Assembly (NCBI GenBank): GCA_013239625.1
Contig: MU056254.1
Span: 2,025,675 to 2,089,674 of the forward strand
DNA length: 64,000 nucleotides
Source: Lama guanicoe
Taxonomy: Eukaryota
Direction of reading: 5' to 3'
Position numbers and translations under genes: made by a program. Every line of letters starts with the position of its first letter. Positions within the stretch are counted from its first letter, which is position 1. Positions 39,892 through 54,695 of this stretch are shown here, piece by piece. The notes beneath the pieces were generated by a model. That model saw only the letters and a list, made by a program, of their open reading frames with translations. It made no database searches and was not told the origin of the DNA.

Positions 39892-39990
39892 ACGGGATTC
39901 ACCCCCCTCCACATCGCAGCTCACTACGAGAACCTCAACGTGGCCCAGCTCCTCCTCAACCGGGGGGCCAGTGTCAACTTCACGCCCCAG
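39892..39990 (+). CDS. ANK1: ANK1 exon 7 (99 nt; AR7) [33 protein letters not shown]
   Basis: ccccag| ... CAG|gtgagg. Confidence 0.98.
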
Positions 39991-40292
39991 GTGAGGCTCT
40001 CTGGCAGGCCCCCCCGACACGGAGCCGGGTCAGGGGGGCCAGACCCCGGTGCTCCCACATCTCTGTGGCACGTCCTCTCTGCAGACAGCTCTGGTGTCCA
40101 TGAAGGCTCCCGGCTGGTGGGTTTCTGGAGGTGGGAAGCCTGGAAGGCCGGGGACTGGCTTTCTTCCGGCCTGTGTCGTTGACTCTGGGAGACCTGGGTT
40201 TGGCTGGCTTGCCGTGATGAACCACGATGCTGGCCTGTCCTTAGGGGCTTTGAAGTCTCTCTGGGGTGAGAAATGTCCTAACGAAGGGCTAA

Positions 40293-40772
<480 letters not shown>

Positions 40773-40775
40773 TGA

Positions 40776-40970
<195 letters not shown>

Positions 40971-41070
40971 TGAGAAACAGAGATGCTAATGGTCCTAACT
41001 CAGCCGGCATGTGCGCCGTTGACCCGGTGTCTGTCCCATGGGAGGCAGTCAGCTCTAATTACTATCTAGA

Positions 41071-41285
41071 TCAAGGTCAGCAAACATTCCCTCTAAAGGA
41101 CCAGATATTAAATATTTTTAGGCTTTGCAGGCTGTGGTCAATGTCACAGTGATTCAGCTTGGCCACTGTAGCGGGAAAGCAGCCGTGGAGAATATTCAGG
41201 CTGTCGGCCCTGTTCTAATAAAACTTCATTGACACACACAGGCAGCGGGCCAGATTTGGCCCGTGGGCTGTCATTTGTCTACATG
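41071..41285. mobile_element. MER58-like hAT DNA transposon relic
   Basis: ggtcagcaaac...aaaggaccagatattaaatattttaggctttgcagg...aataaaact...caggcagcgggccagatttggcccgtgggctg. Confidence 0.8.
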
Positions 41286-42092
41286 GTGCTACGTCAAGCC
41301 TTGTCTCTTTTCCCTTGGCTCCGGAAAACACAGGAACTAAGCACTCAGGGAGTCTTCAGACCCCGAGCTGGACTGGAGGAAGTTAAAAAAAAAAAAAACG
41401 GTTCTTTTCAAAGTCCTTTGGGGGCTAGAGCAAAAGCCCGTCCCTCAGATCTGGTGTGAGGTTTGAGTCTTCCCAGGACTAAAGCGCTCAGAACGCCTGG
41501 TGCTGCCTGCACCCCACCTCCAGGCCCTCGTTCTTTGGGGTGAATTTAGCAGGTGCATCAAACAGAGCAAGGCAGAAACCAGACCCACTCGCCGCCACTC
41601 CCGGGGTTCCCTGTGAGCACTTCCCTGTCATAAAATTGCAGCACAGTCCACACCTTAAAGCCGGTTTATTCCCTGACCGATGATCACGTTAAGGTCGGAC
41701 AGAGCTCTTGGAAATCGGGGTCACATTCATGGCACAGGCTGCCCTGCGTGTGTGTGTGTGTCGAGTGGACATATTCAGTCCTCCATCCACGGCTGAGATG
41801 ATCATGAGGCAGGAGATGATATCTTTGAAAGTACGTATAAAAGTGAAAATCCTCAGATAAGCGAAGGCAGAATCCTCCCAATTAGACCGTTAGGTCAGGA
41901 CATTCTCAACATTTTCCCGCAGAGGCTCCATATTTAAACATAAAAATGGTCCTAAGTTGTTAAGGATTTTATATTATCCAGATTATTAGAATAAGGCTAA
42001 AAAGGATGATTATGAAAATTCTTTATGGAAAACTTCTGATTTTTCAATTGGGAAGTCTGGTGTGACCTTTCTAAAATGCAGTCATTGGTGAC

Positions 42093-42461
42093 GGTGTCAG
42101 GTCTGGGGCAGCTGTAATGAAGTACCATGCTCCAGGTGGCTTCGGCAACAGAAATGTCTTGTCCAGCTGCTCGGGAGGCTGGAAGTCCTGGATCAGTGTT
42201 GGCAGAGTTGGCTATTCCTGGATCTGCGAGGGGGTGCTGCGTTCTCCGTGTGTGTGTGTGTGTCTGTGTGTGTGTGTCTGTGTGTCTGTGTGTGTGTCTG
42301 TGTGTGTTCAAATTCCCCCTTTCTATAAAGACAGCAGTTGTATGGGATTAAGGTCCACATCAACGACCTCATCTTATACTATTTCCAAATACGCTCACAT
42401 CCCAAGGTCCCAGGTGTCAGGACTTCACCATGTGAATTTTGAGTGGACCTAGTTCAATCCA
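42093..42461 (-). mobile_element. MLT1-type LTR relic with an internal (GT)n/(GTCT) microsatellite at 42248-42306
   Basis: gctgtaatgaagtacca...ggtggcttcggcaacagaaatg...ggaggctggaagtcc...tatttccaaata...caggacttcaccatgtgaatttt. Confidence 0.75.
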
Positions 42462-43491
42462 GGCACTGACAATAGTTGCCACACTGCCTGATTCTGCTTC
42501 TCCTTCAGTGACAGTCCTTTCAGCGGTCACTTCCTGAAAGCTCAGGTCCCAGTTTCCTAGCTCATGGATTTCACCATGCAGCTCCCGCCTGCCCCTCCAG
42601 CCCACCTCCACGCCCCATCACCCGTTCCTCTCACATGTTTACCTGCTCAGAGCTCCCTGGGTCCTGGGGTGGCTGCCTCCACGGCACCGCACATGCCGTT
42701 CCCTTTGTGGGATCCTCTTCTGTTTCATCTTTCTGGTGAGGTCCTAGCTCAAGGATCCCCTCCCCGGGAAGCCTTCTCTCCCCACATCCTCCCATCGTGA
42801 CTCCACCCTCCCTGCTCCTCTGTGCTGTATCACACCTTCCTGACGTCACCACATAGGATGGCAACAGCAGATCTGTTTCTTTGTCTTGTATCCACTGGTA
42901 CCTTCCTTGGCCCGGGATTATGTCTGTTCCTCTGTTTCCCCAGACCTTAACCTAACACCAGATGCACTTGAATCACTTAATATTTGCTAAATTAATGTCT
43001 GAACAAATGAGTGCATGAGTCTCCTCTGTCTTTCATTTAAAAAATAAATAAATTGCTGTCTAAGAAACAGTGAGGATCCTTAACAGAATTTTTTAAAGTG
43101 ATGGGCACTTACTAGGGGCAAAGAACAGAGGGATTTAGATCCAAGTTCCATTTTACTGTCTCTCATTCATTCAAAACCACATGGATGAAGGACCACTGTG
43201 TGTGTTACACGCAGGCGTGGGGCACTGGGAGGGAGTTAAGAGTTACTAAGCACTGTCACTGCTCTTAAGAAGCTTCTAAGGGAAGAGAGAAGAGGCGCGC
43301 ACCTGAGATGTGAATTATGGAAACAATTCAGCAACTAGATGAATGAGGTCTGAGTGAGTGGTACAGACGAGAGAGGCCCCCAGAAGTCGAGGGTGGCCAG
43401 GGAGGACTTCGTGGAAGAGGTGGGCCTGGCTGGAGCTGGCCTGCAGGATGTGGTGAGATGAAAGGAGGTTTGCAGTCAGGGGCCAGAATGA

Positions 43492-43992
<501 letters not shown>

Positions 43993-44465
43993 TGAGCCCA
44001 GGAGATCTGATTTGCAAACAGTGCCCCAGGGTGTCCACGGCTTGGTGGGGCCACGCAGAGCCCAGCCCAGCCCTGGGGGACCATGATTTCTAGAGAGTGC
44101 CTGGCTTTTCAGTGTGCTTTAGGGACAAGTGAGATGGGCTCAGCTAAGCCTTGTCCCTCTGCAGAGGGGCTGGCAGTGGTCATGGGGCTGGAGCAAAGGT
44201 GAGTTCAGGCCCACAGTCAGTTCCATCCTGGGACTGTGGTTCCTCTCCCTGCCCCAGGCCGGGGGCTCCGGGGGAAGTTTTGGGGCTCTGGTGTGACCAT
44301 ATGAAGCCAGCCCGTGACCCCACCCCCTCTTGCCCATTCTCAGAGGAGGAGAATTTAGGAGGCAGGACAGCCTCCAAGGCCGCAAGGGCAGCTCATTCAT
44401 TCATTCATTCGTTCAGAAGGCCTTCGCTGGGCAAGCCCCACATGCCGGGCACTGTCTGGGGGAGT

Positions 44466-44701
44466 CGGGGATCCTCACCCTTAGCACCACTGACATTTGG
44501 GGCCCAGTATTCTTGGTTGTGGGGGGCTGGCCTGTGCGTTGTGGGAAGTTAGCAGCGTGCCTGGCCTCCACCTGCTAATAGCACGTCTCCCCTAGTTGTG
44601 ACAATCAAAAATGCCTCTAGATGTTGCCACATGTCCCCCCAGGGATGGGTGTGGGGAGGAAGGGGTGGGACAAACCCCTCCCCCAGCTCTGAGAACCACT
44701 G
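44466..44701. mobile_element. MER20 DNA transposon relic
   Basis: cactgacatttggggccc...tgtggggggctggcctgtgcgttgt...agttgtgacaatcaaaaatgcctctaga...tgagaaccactg. Confidence 0.85.
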
Positions 44702-45070
44702 CCGTAAGGGGCGAAAGCACTGAAAAAAACAAGTAGACAAAACCCAGCAATCGGACAGAAATCCCTGCCCTTGTGGAGTTAACTTTCTGGTGTGTCACTT
44801 CAGAGCAGAGCTGAGGTGCAGAAATCCATTTCACTGAAAACAATCAGCAGCTTCAGGGAAGCAGGCACAGAATTTGCTTCACCGAAGTTCTCTTTATTGT
44901 AAATTTCCCCTTAAGGAATCTTTAAACAGCAGGCTCCTTCAGTGCATCCAAAAATATGACTACATTAAAAAAAAAGGGGTGGGGGAGCACTGGTTACAGA
45001 CAACATGCTCGGGACGGTGCCTGGTGCCCAGTGAGAACCACCTGCCTGTTCTGTGATTTGTAGCAACTGA

Positions 45071-45391
<321 letters not shown>

Positions 45392-45702
45392 TAGCCTGGA
45401 ACACTCGAGGGCATAAATCAGGGTGAATAAGACTGGGAGCGTGTGTCGGGTCTCACGGAGCTGTCCAAGGTCAGGTGCAATATTTTGAGTTGTCAAAGTG
45501 GCCAGAATCCACCCTGCAGTGGGTTGTTTTCTTTTTCCCCCTCCTGCCGTTCTCTTGGAAGCAGATCCGTTTCATTTCACCCCCTCTTCTTGGAAAATCG
45601 TGCTGGAGCACCTAGAGGCAGGAAAGCCTGGGACCCGTCTGGCTGTGTCTTTGGAGGAGCAGGGAAGGCTCCTCTCTCTCACTCCTCTCTGGTCTCTTCC
45701 AG

Positions 45703-45801
45703 TCCGGCCTGACGCCGCTCCACGTGGCCTCCTTCATGGGGCACCTGCCCATCGTGAAGAACTTGCTGCAGCGGGAGGCGTCCCCCAATGTCTCCAATGT
45801 G
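45703..45801 (+). CDS. ANK1: ANK1 exon 12 (99 nt; AR13) [33 protein letters not shown]
   Basis: ttccag| ... GTG|gtaagc. Confidence 0.98.
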
Positions 45802-46256
45802 GTAAGCCTCGGGGGGGTAGAGCAGGGCCCTCCGGGGACTGAGCTCAGAGGTGAGCTTTAGCCCATGATTCCAAGCTCCCTTTCTGGGGAGAGAGGTAGA
45901 ATTCTCAGACTAGACGAGGCTTCAGACTTGGGGAGAATGTCTGTAGATTCTGATGCTTTCACAGTTCAACTTGTCACACATCTGAAAGTCCTGGGGTTTT
46001 TATCTTGGACGGTGATTTGGGAACTTCTGTACGCATTCTCTGGGAAAACATTTACATCTTTAAGCATTCATTAGCTCTGGGGTTTACTTTTAAGTGTATC
46101 TCACACACACACACACACAGAGGTATCAGCAGACTAAAGGCTGAAGTCACTGCTTGCTGGGGCAACTCCGCCTATTGGACCAAAACCTGCCAAGCGACTC
46201 CAGGCTGGCACTGTGGGGCTCTGTGAGTGCCCTTTTGGAAACCCAGAGTGGCTTAA

Positions 46257-46442
<186 letters not shown>

Positions 46443-46760
46443 TGATGCCAAGATTCCTCATAACCCCTCCCTGTGGTTGTGCTAGGTGCTCAGCTTTTGG
46501 TTTGCAGGGCTCTGAGGAGGCCAGAGATATACTTACATCCTAAAGCTGTGTGTCTTTAGGATAATGAAAGGCCAAGAAGCAGTGTTTAGGGACTGAAATG
46601 TTGCTTGTTGGTACAATCACAGTGTAAGAAGAGAAATGACTCTTTGAAGAAAGCGTTGCCAGTGAAATCAGTCAGGAATTACTTGCTCTAAATACAGAAG
46701 ATTCCCCCTCGTTGTAAAAGGTGATTCTGAGGGGCTGGATGAGTGAAAGTGTAAGAATAG

Positions 46761-47355
46761 AAACANNNNNNNNNNNNNNNNNNNNNNNNNNNNNNNNNNN
46801 NNNNNNNNNNNNNNNNNNNNNNNNNNNNNNNNNNNNNNNNNNNNNNNNNNNNNNNNNNNNNNNNNNNNNNNNNNNNNNNNNNNNNNNNNNNNNNNNNNNN
46901 NNNNNNNNNNNNNNNNNNNNNNNNNNNNNNNNNNNNNNNNNNNNNNNNNNNNNNNNGATATCATGATATCAGTTATATGTAGAATCTAAAAAAATGACAC
47001 AAATGAATTTATTTACAAAATAGAAACAGAGTCACAGACATAGAGAACAAACTTAAGGTTCACAGACATAGAAAACAAACTTATGGTTACCAGTAGGGTA
47101 AGGTGGGTTGGAGCAATAAAGTAGAAGTCTGGGATTTGCAGATACACACTGCTATATATAAAACAGATAAACAACAAGGTCCTACCATGTAGCACAGGGA
47201 ACTGTAGTCAATATCTTGTAATAACCTATAATGGAAAAGAATATGAAAAGAAATATATATGTATATATGTTATGTATAACTGAATCACTATTCTGGACAC
47301 CAGAAACTAACACAACATTGTAAAGCAAATATACTTTAATTTTAAAAAATTTAAA
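46761..47355 (+). mobile_element. 5'-truncated L1 3' end, with N-run 46766-46956 (191 nt) and an internal 2 x 28-bp duplication at 47033-47088
   Basis: aatctaaaaaaatgacacaaatgaa...cacagacatagaaaacaaacttatggttacc...ccagaaactaacacaacattgtaaa. aagaatag occurs on both flanks (possible TSD core). Confidence 0.9.
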
Positions 47356-47633
47356 AAGAATAGCTGCCGAGTTTGCCAATTGATAGGCTTTGTGTTTGAG
47401 CCACATGAGGGAGGCCCCACCAGAGCCCAGTAACACAGAGACCCCATCCTCTGACAGCCACCAGCTTCCAGCAGAAACTGGGAAGGGCAGGGGTGGGGAG
47501 AAAAGTCTCTCAGTTCCCCTCCCCAAGTTCTGACTTCCCCGCCACCTCTGGAGTAGAGAAAACCACAGTGACGTTCAGACAGAGAGACGGGCGGACGCTC
47601 CGGCAGGACTCAGGAGACAGTCCAGCCTGCCTG

Positions 47634-47912
47634 TTTTATTGCACTTTGCAGTGTGTTTTTTACAATTCAAAGGTTTGGGGCGACCCTGCATCATTAGATG
47701 GTTAGCATTTTCTAGCAATAAAGTATTTTTTAATTAAGGTATGTATGTTTTAGACGTAATGTGATTGCACTCGTAATAGAGTATAATATTGTGTAATCGT
47801 AACATTTATATAAACCGGGAAACAAAAAAGTTTGACTCGCTTTATTGCGATACTCACTCTATTGTGGTGATCTGTCTGGAATCGAACCTTCAGTATCTCC
47901 AAGGTCTGCCTG
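47634..47912. mobile_element. Internally deleted Tigger1-type (TcMar) DNA transposon
   Basis: tttattgcactttgcag...tttctagcaataaagtattttttaattaaggtatgta...gactcgctttattgcgata...tatctccaaggtctgcctg+ta terminal repeat. Confidence 0.85.
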
Positions 47913-48225
47913 TAAGAGCGACCACAACGTGTAGTTTGTGCCAGACACGTGTGAAACATCTTATTACGCTATCTGCTTGATCCTAACGAGAGCCCTGTTA
48001 AGTCAATATCATATTCCCAGTTTATAGATGGGAAACCTGAGCCTTCGGGTAATTCAGTAGAAATAATAACTAACTTGAAGGGTTTGTTATAGGATTAAAT
48101 AAGAGAGAACATGTTGGTTTCCGTAACTCAGAGACTTGCTTTGAATCTCAGCTGTTCCTCTTACTAGCTGTATGGCTTTGAGAAAGTCGCTTAACCTCTC
48201 TGAGCCTCACCTGCCTTCTTTGTAA

Positions 48226-48855
<630 letters not shown>

Positions 48856-49075
48856 TAACTCCATCACCAGAGGGGCGGGGGTGGGGGGCAAGCGGTGGAG
48901 GAAGCCTGCTGATTCCTGGGGTCTGGGCCCCTTGGAGGGATCAGAGGTTTCGTCCCCTCTGTTCCACCGGTGTCCCCACACCAGACGAGGTGGGACACCT
49001 CCTGTGTCACGGCCTTTTCTTGGGGGAGGACAGCTGGGGCTCCCCATGGTTCTGACAGCCTGTGTTTCTCCTCAG

Positions 49076-49174
49076 AAAGGATTTACCCCTCTCCACGTGG
49101 CGGCAAAGTACGGGAAGGTGCGGGTGGCTGAGCTGCTCCTGGAGCACGACGCACATCCAAATGCAGCTGGAAAA
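49076..49174 (+). CDS. ANK1: ANK1 exon 15 (99 nt; AR17) [33 protein letters not shown]
   Basis: cctcag| ... AAA|gtgagt. Confidence 0.98.
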
Positions 49175-49609
49175 GTGAGTTTGACTGTCCCTCCCCGCTC
49201 AGAAGGGAGGCGCGGACAGAAGGTCCCCTGTAGACCAGTGGGTGGCATCTCTTGCCTCAGCTGACTTTGTCAGTCTTTTGAGCTGCCGGCCGCCTAGGGA
49301 GAATGGCCTTTGGGAAGACTGATCTTACTGACAGAAAGCTTGCCCTTCTAGAATGACCCAGTGGCCCCTGAATGGGGGTACTGATTACGCTGCCCCACCA
49401 GGCCCCCCGGACTGAGGAGGTGGCCCCGGGTCTGGCTGTCGTGTTCTTCAGTGAGTTCAGATGACAGCTGGCCCTGGGATGACTGTTAACTAGATCTGAG
49501 TTGTGTAAAAGGAGTGATCCGGGTCCCCAAGTGGTGCTGCCTGTAGCCAGGGGGACGTCTGGTGACATCCCCTGATTGATGGCCAGCCTCCTGTCCGTCT
49601 TCCCCGCAG

Positions 49610-49708
49610 AGTGGCCTGACGCCCCTGCACGTGGCCGTGCATCACAACCACCTGGACATCGTTAAGCTGCTGCTGCCCCGGGGTGGCTCCCCGCACAGCC
49701 CGGCCTGG
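49610..49708 (+). CDS. ANK1: ANK1 exon 16 (99 nt; AR18) [33 protein letters not shown]
   Basis: ccgcag| ... TGG|gtaagc. Confidence 0.98.
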
Positions 49709-50798
49709 GTAAGCCTCCCCGGTCCCCACGCCAGGACCCCCGTGCCCCCAGCCGCCCACCACTGCGCAGGGAGGGCTGTTTCAGAAGCAGTCGAAGGGTT
49801 TTGTGTTCCATTTTTCTTCCTCCTTGGCAGTCTCACCTCCCTTCTGCAGACACGACCTGCAGTGTGCGGGCCTCTCCTGGGGGAGTCGGGCGGGAAGGGG
49901 GGGACGCTTCTTCTGAACAGGTCACCTCACAGAGGTGGACCTCATCTCGCACCACGAATGTGTCCCCTAGGCTGTGTCAGCATGTCACGTGCAACATGTT
50001 GGTGGATCCCGGGACAGGGGCCACACTTCGAGAACATACATTCGGGGCTGGGGGTGAGCTTGCCAGAACCTGAAAACAAGGAACTTATCTCAAACAAGAA
50101 TAATCTCCCCCCAGATCTGTTTCTCTCATGAGCTCAGGTTCTGGGATGGTGATATTTCTGACATACGTTCGTTACGCGGTGAGGTGTGTCCAAGTGCCAG
50201 CCTCACGCCAGCCCCTGGGATGCGGTGCTCAGAGCTGTGGGCTCGTTGATGGGGCTTATGTAAGAGTGGAGGGTGGGGGAGGAGGGGATAAAGCTGGTCT
50301 CGAGGATCACTTCTGGGACAGGCTGCCCCCTGTGGGATGAGAGGGTCTGCAGGGTCTGTGAGGGGAGGGGAGCATGGGGGGCTGGTGGCTGCGCAGAGGA
50401 GGGGTGGGGAGATGCAAAGGACACACGTGGTCCCTGAGCTCACCTTTAGATGATCAGCCAAGATGCAGAAAATCAGAGGCTAATTTACCAGTTTCTGGGA
50501 GAGCGAACCCCAGTGCTCAGCCATACAGTGGGAGGGGGTCCGTGTGTGATTCCAGCCAGCACCTGCCGACTTCAGTGGGGACGCAGCAGAGTCAGGGAAG
50601 AGTCAGTGCCGGCTTCAGTTTGCCTTCCCTTCCCAGAATGGATGCTCATCTGAATTTTACAGCATCACTTTCCTGCAGACACAGCATCTCCCAGACACCC
50701 TGTCTCCCCAGGCTCCAGTCCCCGCGCTGTTGTACCAGAGCCCACATCACTGTGTAGACAGCACGTAGCCCTGCTAAGGACGTGACTTACTCCTGCCT

Positions 50799-50850
50799 CT
50801 AAAAATAAAAAGCTGGACTCCCCTCCTCCTCTCCCCGCTCCTTATATAAA
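50799..50850 (+). promoter_or_regulatory. Candidate intronic promoter module: MEF2 site, C-rich box, TATA box
   Basis: CTAAAAATAA (50799-50808), cccctcctcctctccccgctcc (50820-50841), TATATAAA (50843-50850). Motif match only. Confidence 0.45.
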
Positions 50851-50876
50851 AGAGACCGGAGCCAGGCGCATGGTAT

Positions 50877-51048
50877 NNNNNNNNNNNNNNNNNNNNNNNN
50901 NNNNNNNNNNNNNNNNNNNNNNNNNNNNNNNNNNNNNNNNNNNNNNNNNNNNNNNNNNNNNNNNNNNNNNNNNNNNNNNNNNNNNNNNNNNNNNNNNNNN
51001 NNNNNNNNNNNNNNNNNNNNNNNNNNNNNNNNNNNNNNNNNNNNNNNN
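50877..51048. other. N-run, 172 nt
   Basis: Direct read. Confidence 0.99.
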
Positions 51049-51539
51049 TAGGCAGATCTCTCTCCAGCGGGTGCGTTCCTCTGGGTGAGCTCATTTCCTT
51101 GGGGAGGAGGAGCCTTTTACTGGCACACGTCCCTCTCCGTCCTGCCCTAGCCTCTCCCTGACTCTCCTGCTTAGCTGCCCCTTGTCACCTGCAGAGGGTG
51201 GTTCATTCCCTGTAGTCCTGGTTTCGGGGAAGCTCAGAGGGGCAGCGCCAGTTCTGAGACTGACAGTTGCTCTTGCATCTCAAGTTTTAACTGGGGGTTC
51301 GCTGGGCAGCCTGTGCCACCTCCAGGGCGAGCTTGCCGGGTACCCAGACAGGATGCTGTCCTTGCCAGCGCGGACATGCCCACGTGGCCTGGACTTCCAA
51401 TTATACTGACATGAGTAGGCTTCAGATTGCTCAAGGTACTGTACTTTGTGCAGGAAAAGAAGTCCTAACAGTCCTCGCTTCCATTGGCCAGGCACTGGGC
51501 ACTGAGGTGGGCACCTGCTTCCACCCATTTCATCCTGAC

Positions 51540-51655
51540 TTGGAGCTTGTTAGAAATGCAGCGTCCAGGGCCTCCCTAGACCTTCCGAATCAGAATTTGT
51601 ACTTTAACAGGATCCCACATGGTTTCACACACATTTAAGTTTGAAAAGTGCTGCT
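51540..51655. mobile_element. MER5-type hAT relic
   Basis: ggagcttgttagaaatgcag...gaatcagaat...tttaacaggatccc...aagtttgaaaagtgctg. Confidence 0.75.
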
Positions 51656-52329
51656 CAGGCAAAAAGAAGCTCGACTCTGACGTCAGAAGATTCTCTGATA
51701 CTCAGAAATCATCTCCCTTTGGAGATGAGTCCAGATCTCAGGCTTGATCAACTGAACCGCACCTCTGTTCTTTGCTCCCTTTTGATACAATAACGAAACT
51801 TACTGTGTTGAGTTAATTTTATAATCAGTGAAATGCCAATCTTGTGATGGGAACACAACCCACGTTGGGTTAACGTTTTCTCGTAACAAAAGCAAACTCA
51901 AAAGGAGATGTACCGGAATGAATGGTCTTAACCTAATTGTTCAAAGAGAATGATTTTTATTACTCAGTTTAATTCTTGGGTAAATTGTAACTTTCTGCTT
52001 CCCTGTAAGATCCACTTTGTGGCTGGATCTCACCCTGCCCCCCAAATACTATAAAACTGGGAATTTACTGCATGGATTGGCCACCTTTTTTCTGTTTCCT
52101 TTTGCTGATCGGTGGATCCTGGCAGAATCAGAATGGTTTCCACAGGAAGGCAGTTGGTGGCAGGGGAGATTCGATTCTCTGGGATGGCCAGAAGAATGCT
52201 GGCCAAGGTGGGGACACCATATGTCTTACGCCATCTGCTCTGGGACCGGGTGGGCCAGTGACAGTCCTGAGTCCCGCCCAGAGGTCCTCAGGCCTGGCAT
52301 CCCCCTTGGCCCTGAATGCTCTGGGGCCT

Positions 52330-52472
52330 TGTTACCCAAAGGGTAGCTGGCAGCATCAACATTACCTGGGCACTTGCTAGAAATGCAGGGTCCTGGGCCT
52401 CCTGAGTCAGAATCTGCGTTTTAACAAGATCCCGAGTGGCTTTAGGCACACTGAAACTCGAGGAGCCCTGCT
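52330..52472. mobile_element. MER5-type hAT relic
   Basis: cagcatcaacattacctgggcacttgctagaaatgcag...gagtcagaatctgcgttttaacaagatccc. Confidence 0.75.
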
Positions 52473-53634
52473 CCAGAGGAAGGAACCTGGAATCTGGGGC
52501 ACAAGGTCAGGCTTGGGTTTTCTGCTGTTTCACTGACTGTCTGACACTAGAAAAGACAGTAAGCCTTGCAGAGAATTGGCTTCTTTACCCCCAAGGTGGG
52601 GGGGGGGAGTAATAAAGATGCCTGCCTTTCTCGCATACGTGGTTGTGGTGGAACTTGAGAGGAATAATGTAGCTGGAAGTGGTTCCCAACAGTGATGACC
52701 AAGGTAGACGGTCACCTGCCCGCAGCGGGATACGGGGCTCGCTCCCGAAGGCAAACGCGGACCCTGCTTCCTTCATCGAGAAAGTCTTCTGACCGAAACG
52801 ACGGGGAAAGGAAAGCCAGCTGGGCGGACGGCACGTGTGACAGAGCTGGTTCACCCGGGGGCCAAGCCCCGTCACCTCACCATGGGCTCAGCCCATCTCA
52901 TGAGCCAGTGCAAAGCCACACGCAGGCTTGTGGCTTTTATATCTTAACTCTGGAAAGCACCTTCACATGTCGTATCATGTTTGATCCATTCAGCAAGTTT
53001 AAGAGCAAGTAGGTGTGACTGTCCACTTCTAATGGCTTAAAAAAATATGAAAGGAAGCCTAGAGGTCACTGACTGTCCTGCCCCCAGTTACACGACCGGT
53101 TTCAGTGGATCCAAGACTGACTCCACACCCTTTTACACCACCTGCTGGAAGCCGGCAAGATCCGGGGCGAGGGAGAGGCCATTGGCCCAGCCACACAGGG
53201 AAAGAAGTCTGGCTCTGTTCCTTTTCTTCTGTGAACTGCCTGGAGGTGCTGTTTCTTATTGGAGGAAAGAGGACGTGGGAGCCTTTCATTTACTTACGAA
53301 TCTAGCCTGACTTACGCATCCAGCCTGCTGGTTGTTCCGGCGGCTGCCTCGCTGAATCCTAGCGTCTGCTGGGGACAGAGCACCTCGGGCAGAGCAGTTG
53401 GCAGAGCAAGATAACAGAACATAGGTGGACAGAATGGGTACATGGCACTCGCTGGCTCTCTCCAGGGCAGAGGGACTCAGGTGGGTGGTTGGTTTAATTA
53501 AGCGGCCATCCCTGGTGACACCAGCCCTGCTCAGTGGGTGTCCAGCAGCCCAAGAGCCAGGCTTGGCCCTCCCCTCAAAGGAGGACCTAAAAGGTAAGGC
53601 GCGCACCCAGACTGTCAACACAGCACTCCCGTGA

Positions 53635-53919
<285 letters not shown>

Positions 53920-54409
53920 TGAATTGGGGGGATGCGTGTGTGTGTGTGTGTGTGCACGTGTGTGAACCTCACAAGAGCCCAGTGTAGGTTTTATCTGAGT
54001 TTTGCAAATGAATAAACAGGTTCAGGAAGGTTATTCCAAGATCACATGGGCCCCAAGCAGACCTGATACCAAAATGACTACTGGAATGACTCAAGAGTCT
54101 GCAAAAATTAAAACCCACAGCATGCTTTCTGAAACATAAGCCAAGGTCTGCATTCAGAATGTATTAAGTAAGTTGGGACTAAATATTTTTTTCTGGGGGG
54201 AAGGCATTTTTTTAAAATGCCGGCCTATCCACTAAACCAGGAGTTCTCCATCCAGGGACTGTTGGCGTGTGCGGGGGAGCCTCCTGCGGTGCACACCACG
54301 CGTGTGAGGGTGGGTGCCTGAGTGGTCTTCCGGCTGAGGACCTCATGGTTTTCATCAGCTTCTCCAAAGGGATGCCTGACCCAGGCAAGATGAAGAGTCA
54401 CTTCTTTGG

Positions 54410-54695
54410 TTAAATAACAGTTTTATCGAAATATAACTCATATCCCGTAACATTCACCCTCTTGAACTGGGCTCTTCATCAATGGTGTTGGTGTATTTGC
54501 AGAATCAGACCAACACCATGGCTGTCTAACTTCAGAACATTTCCGTCCCCGCTGCCCAGAAAGGAAAGCTTATCTCCATTAGCTGCCATATCCCGCTTCC
54601 CGCAAACCCCCAGCCCCTGGCAACACTAATCCACACTCTGTCACCATGGATTTGCCTATTCTGGGCATTTTATATGAATGGAATCATATGACAGG
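54410..54695 (-). mobile_element. Old L1 (L1MB/MC-like) 3' end, antisense
   Basis: cagcccctggcaacactaatccac...atggatttgcctattctgggcattttatatgaatggaatcata. Confidence 0.8.

Noticed and set aside
43246-43260. 15-mer ctaagcactgtcact identical to 18870-18884
   Set aside because: Isolated match 24 kb away with no shared flanks. Treated as coincidence.
47033-47088. 2 x 28-bp tandem duplication
   Set aside because: Lies inside an L1 3' UTR and is already diverged. Ordinary slippage with no sign of function.
50870-51088. ATG-initiated 72-codon ORF across the N-run as a coding first exon
   Set aside because: Mostly Ns. It ends in phase 2 at the donor while exon 17 needs phase 0, and the ATG lies at or before the predicted start site.
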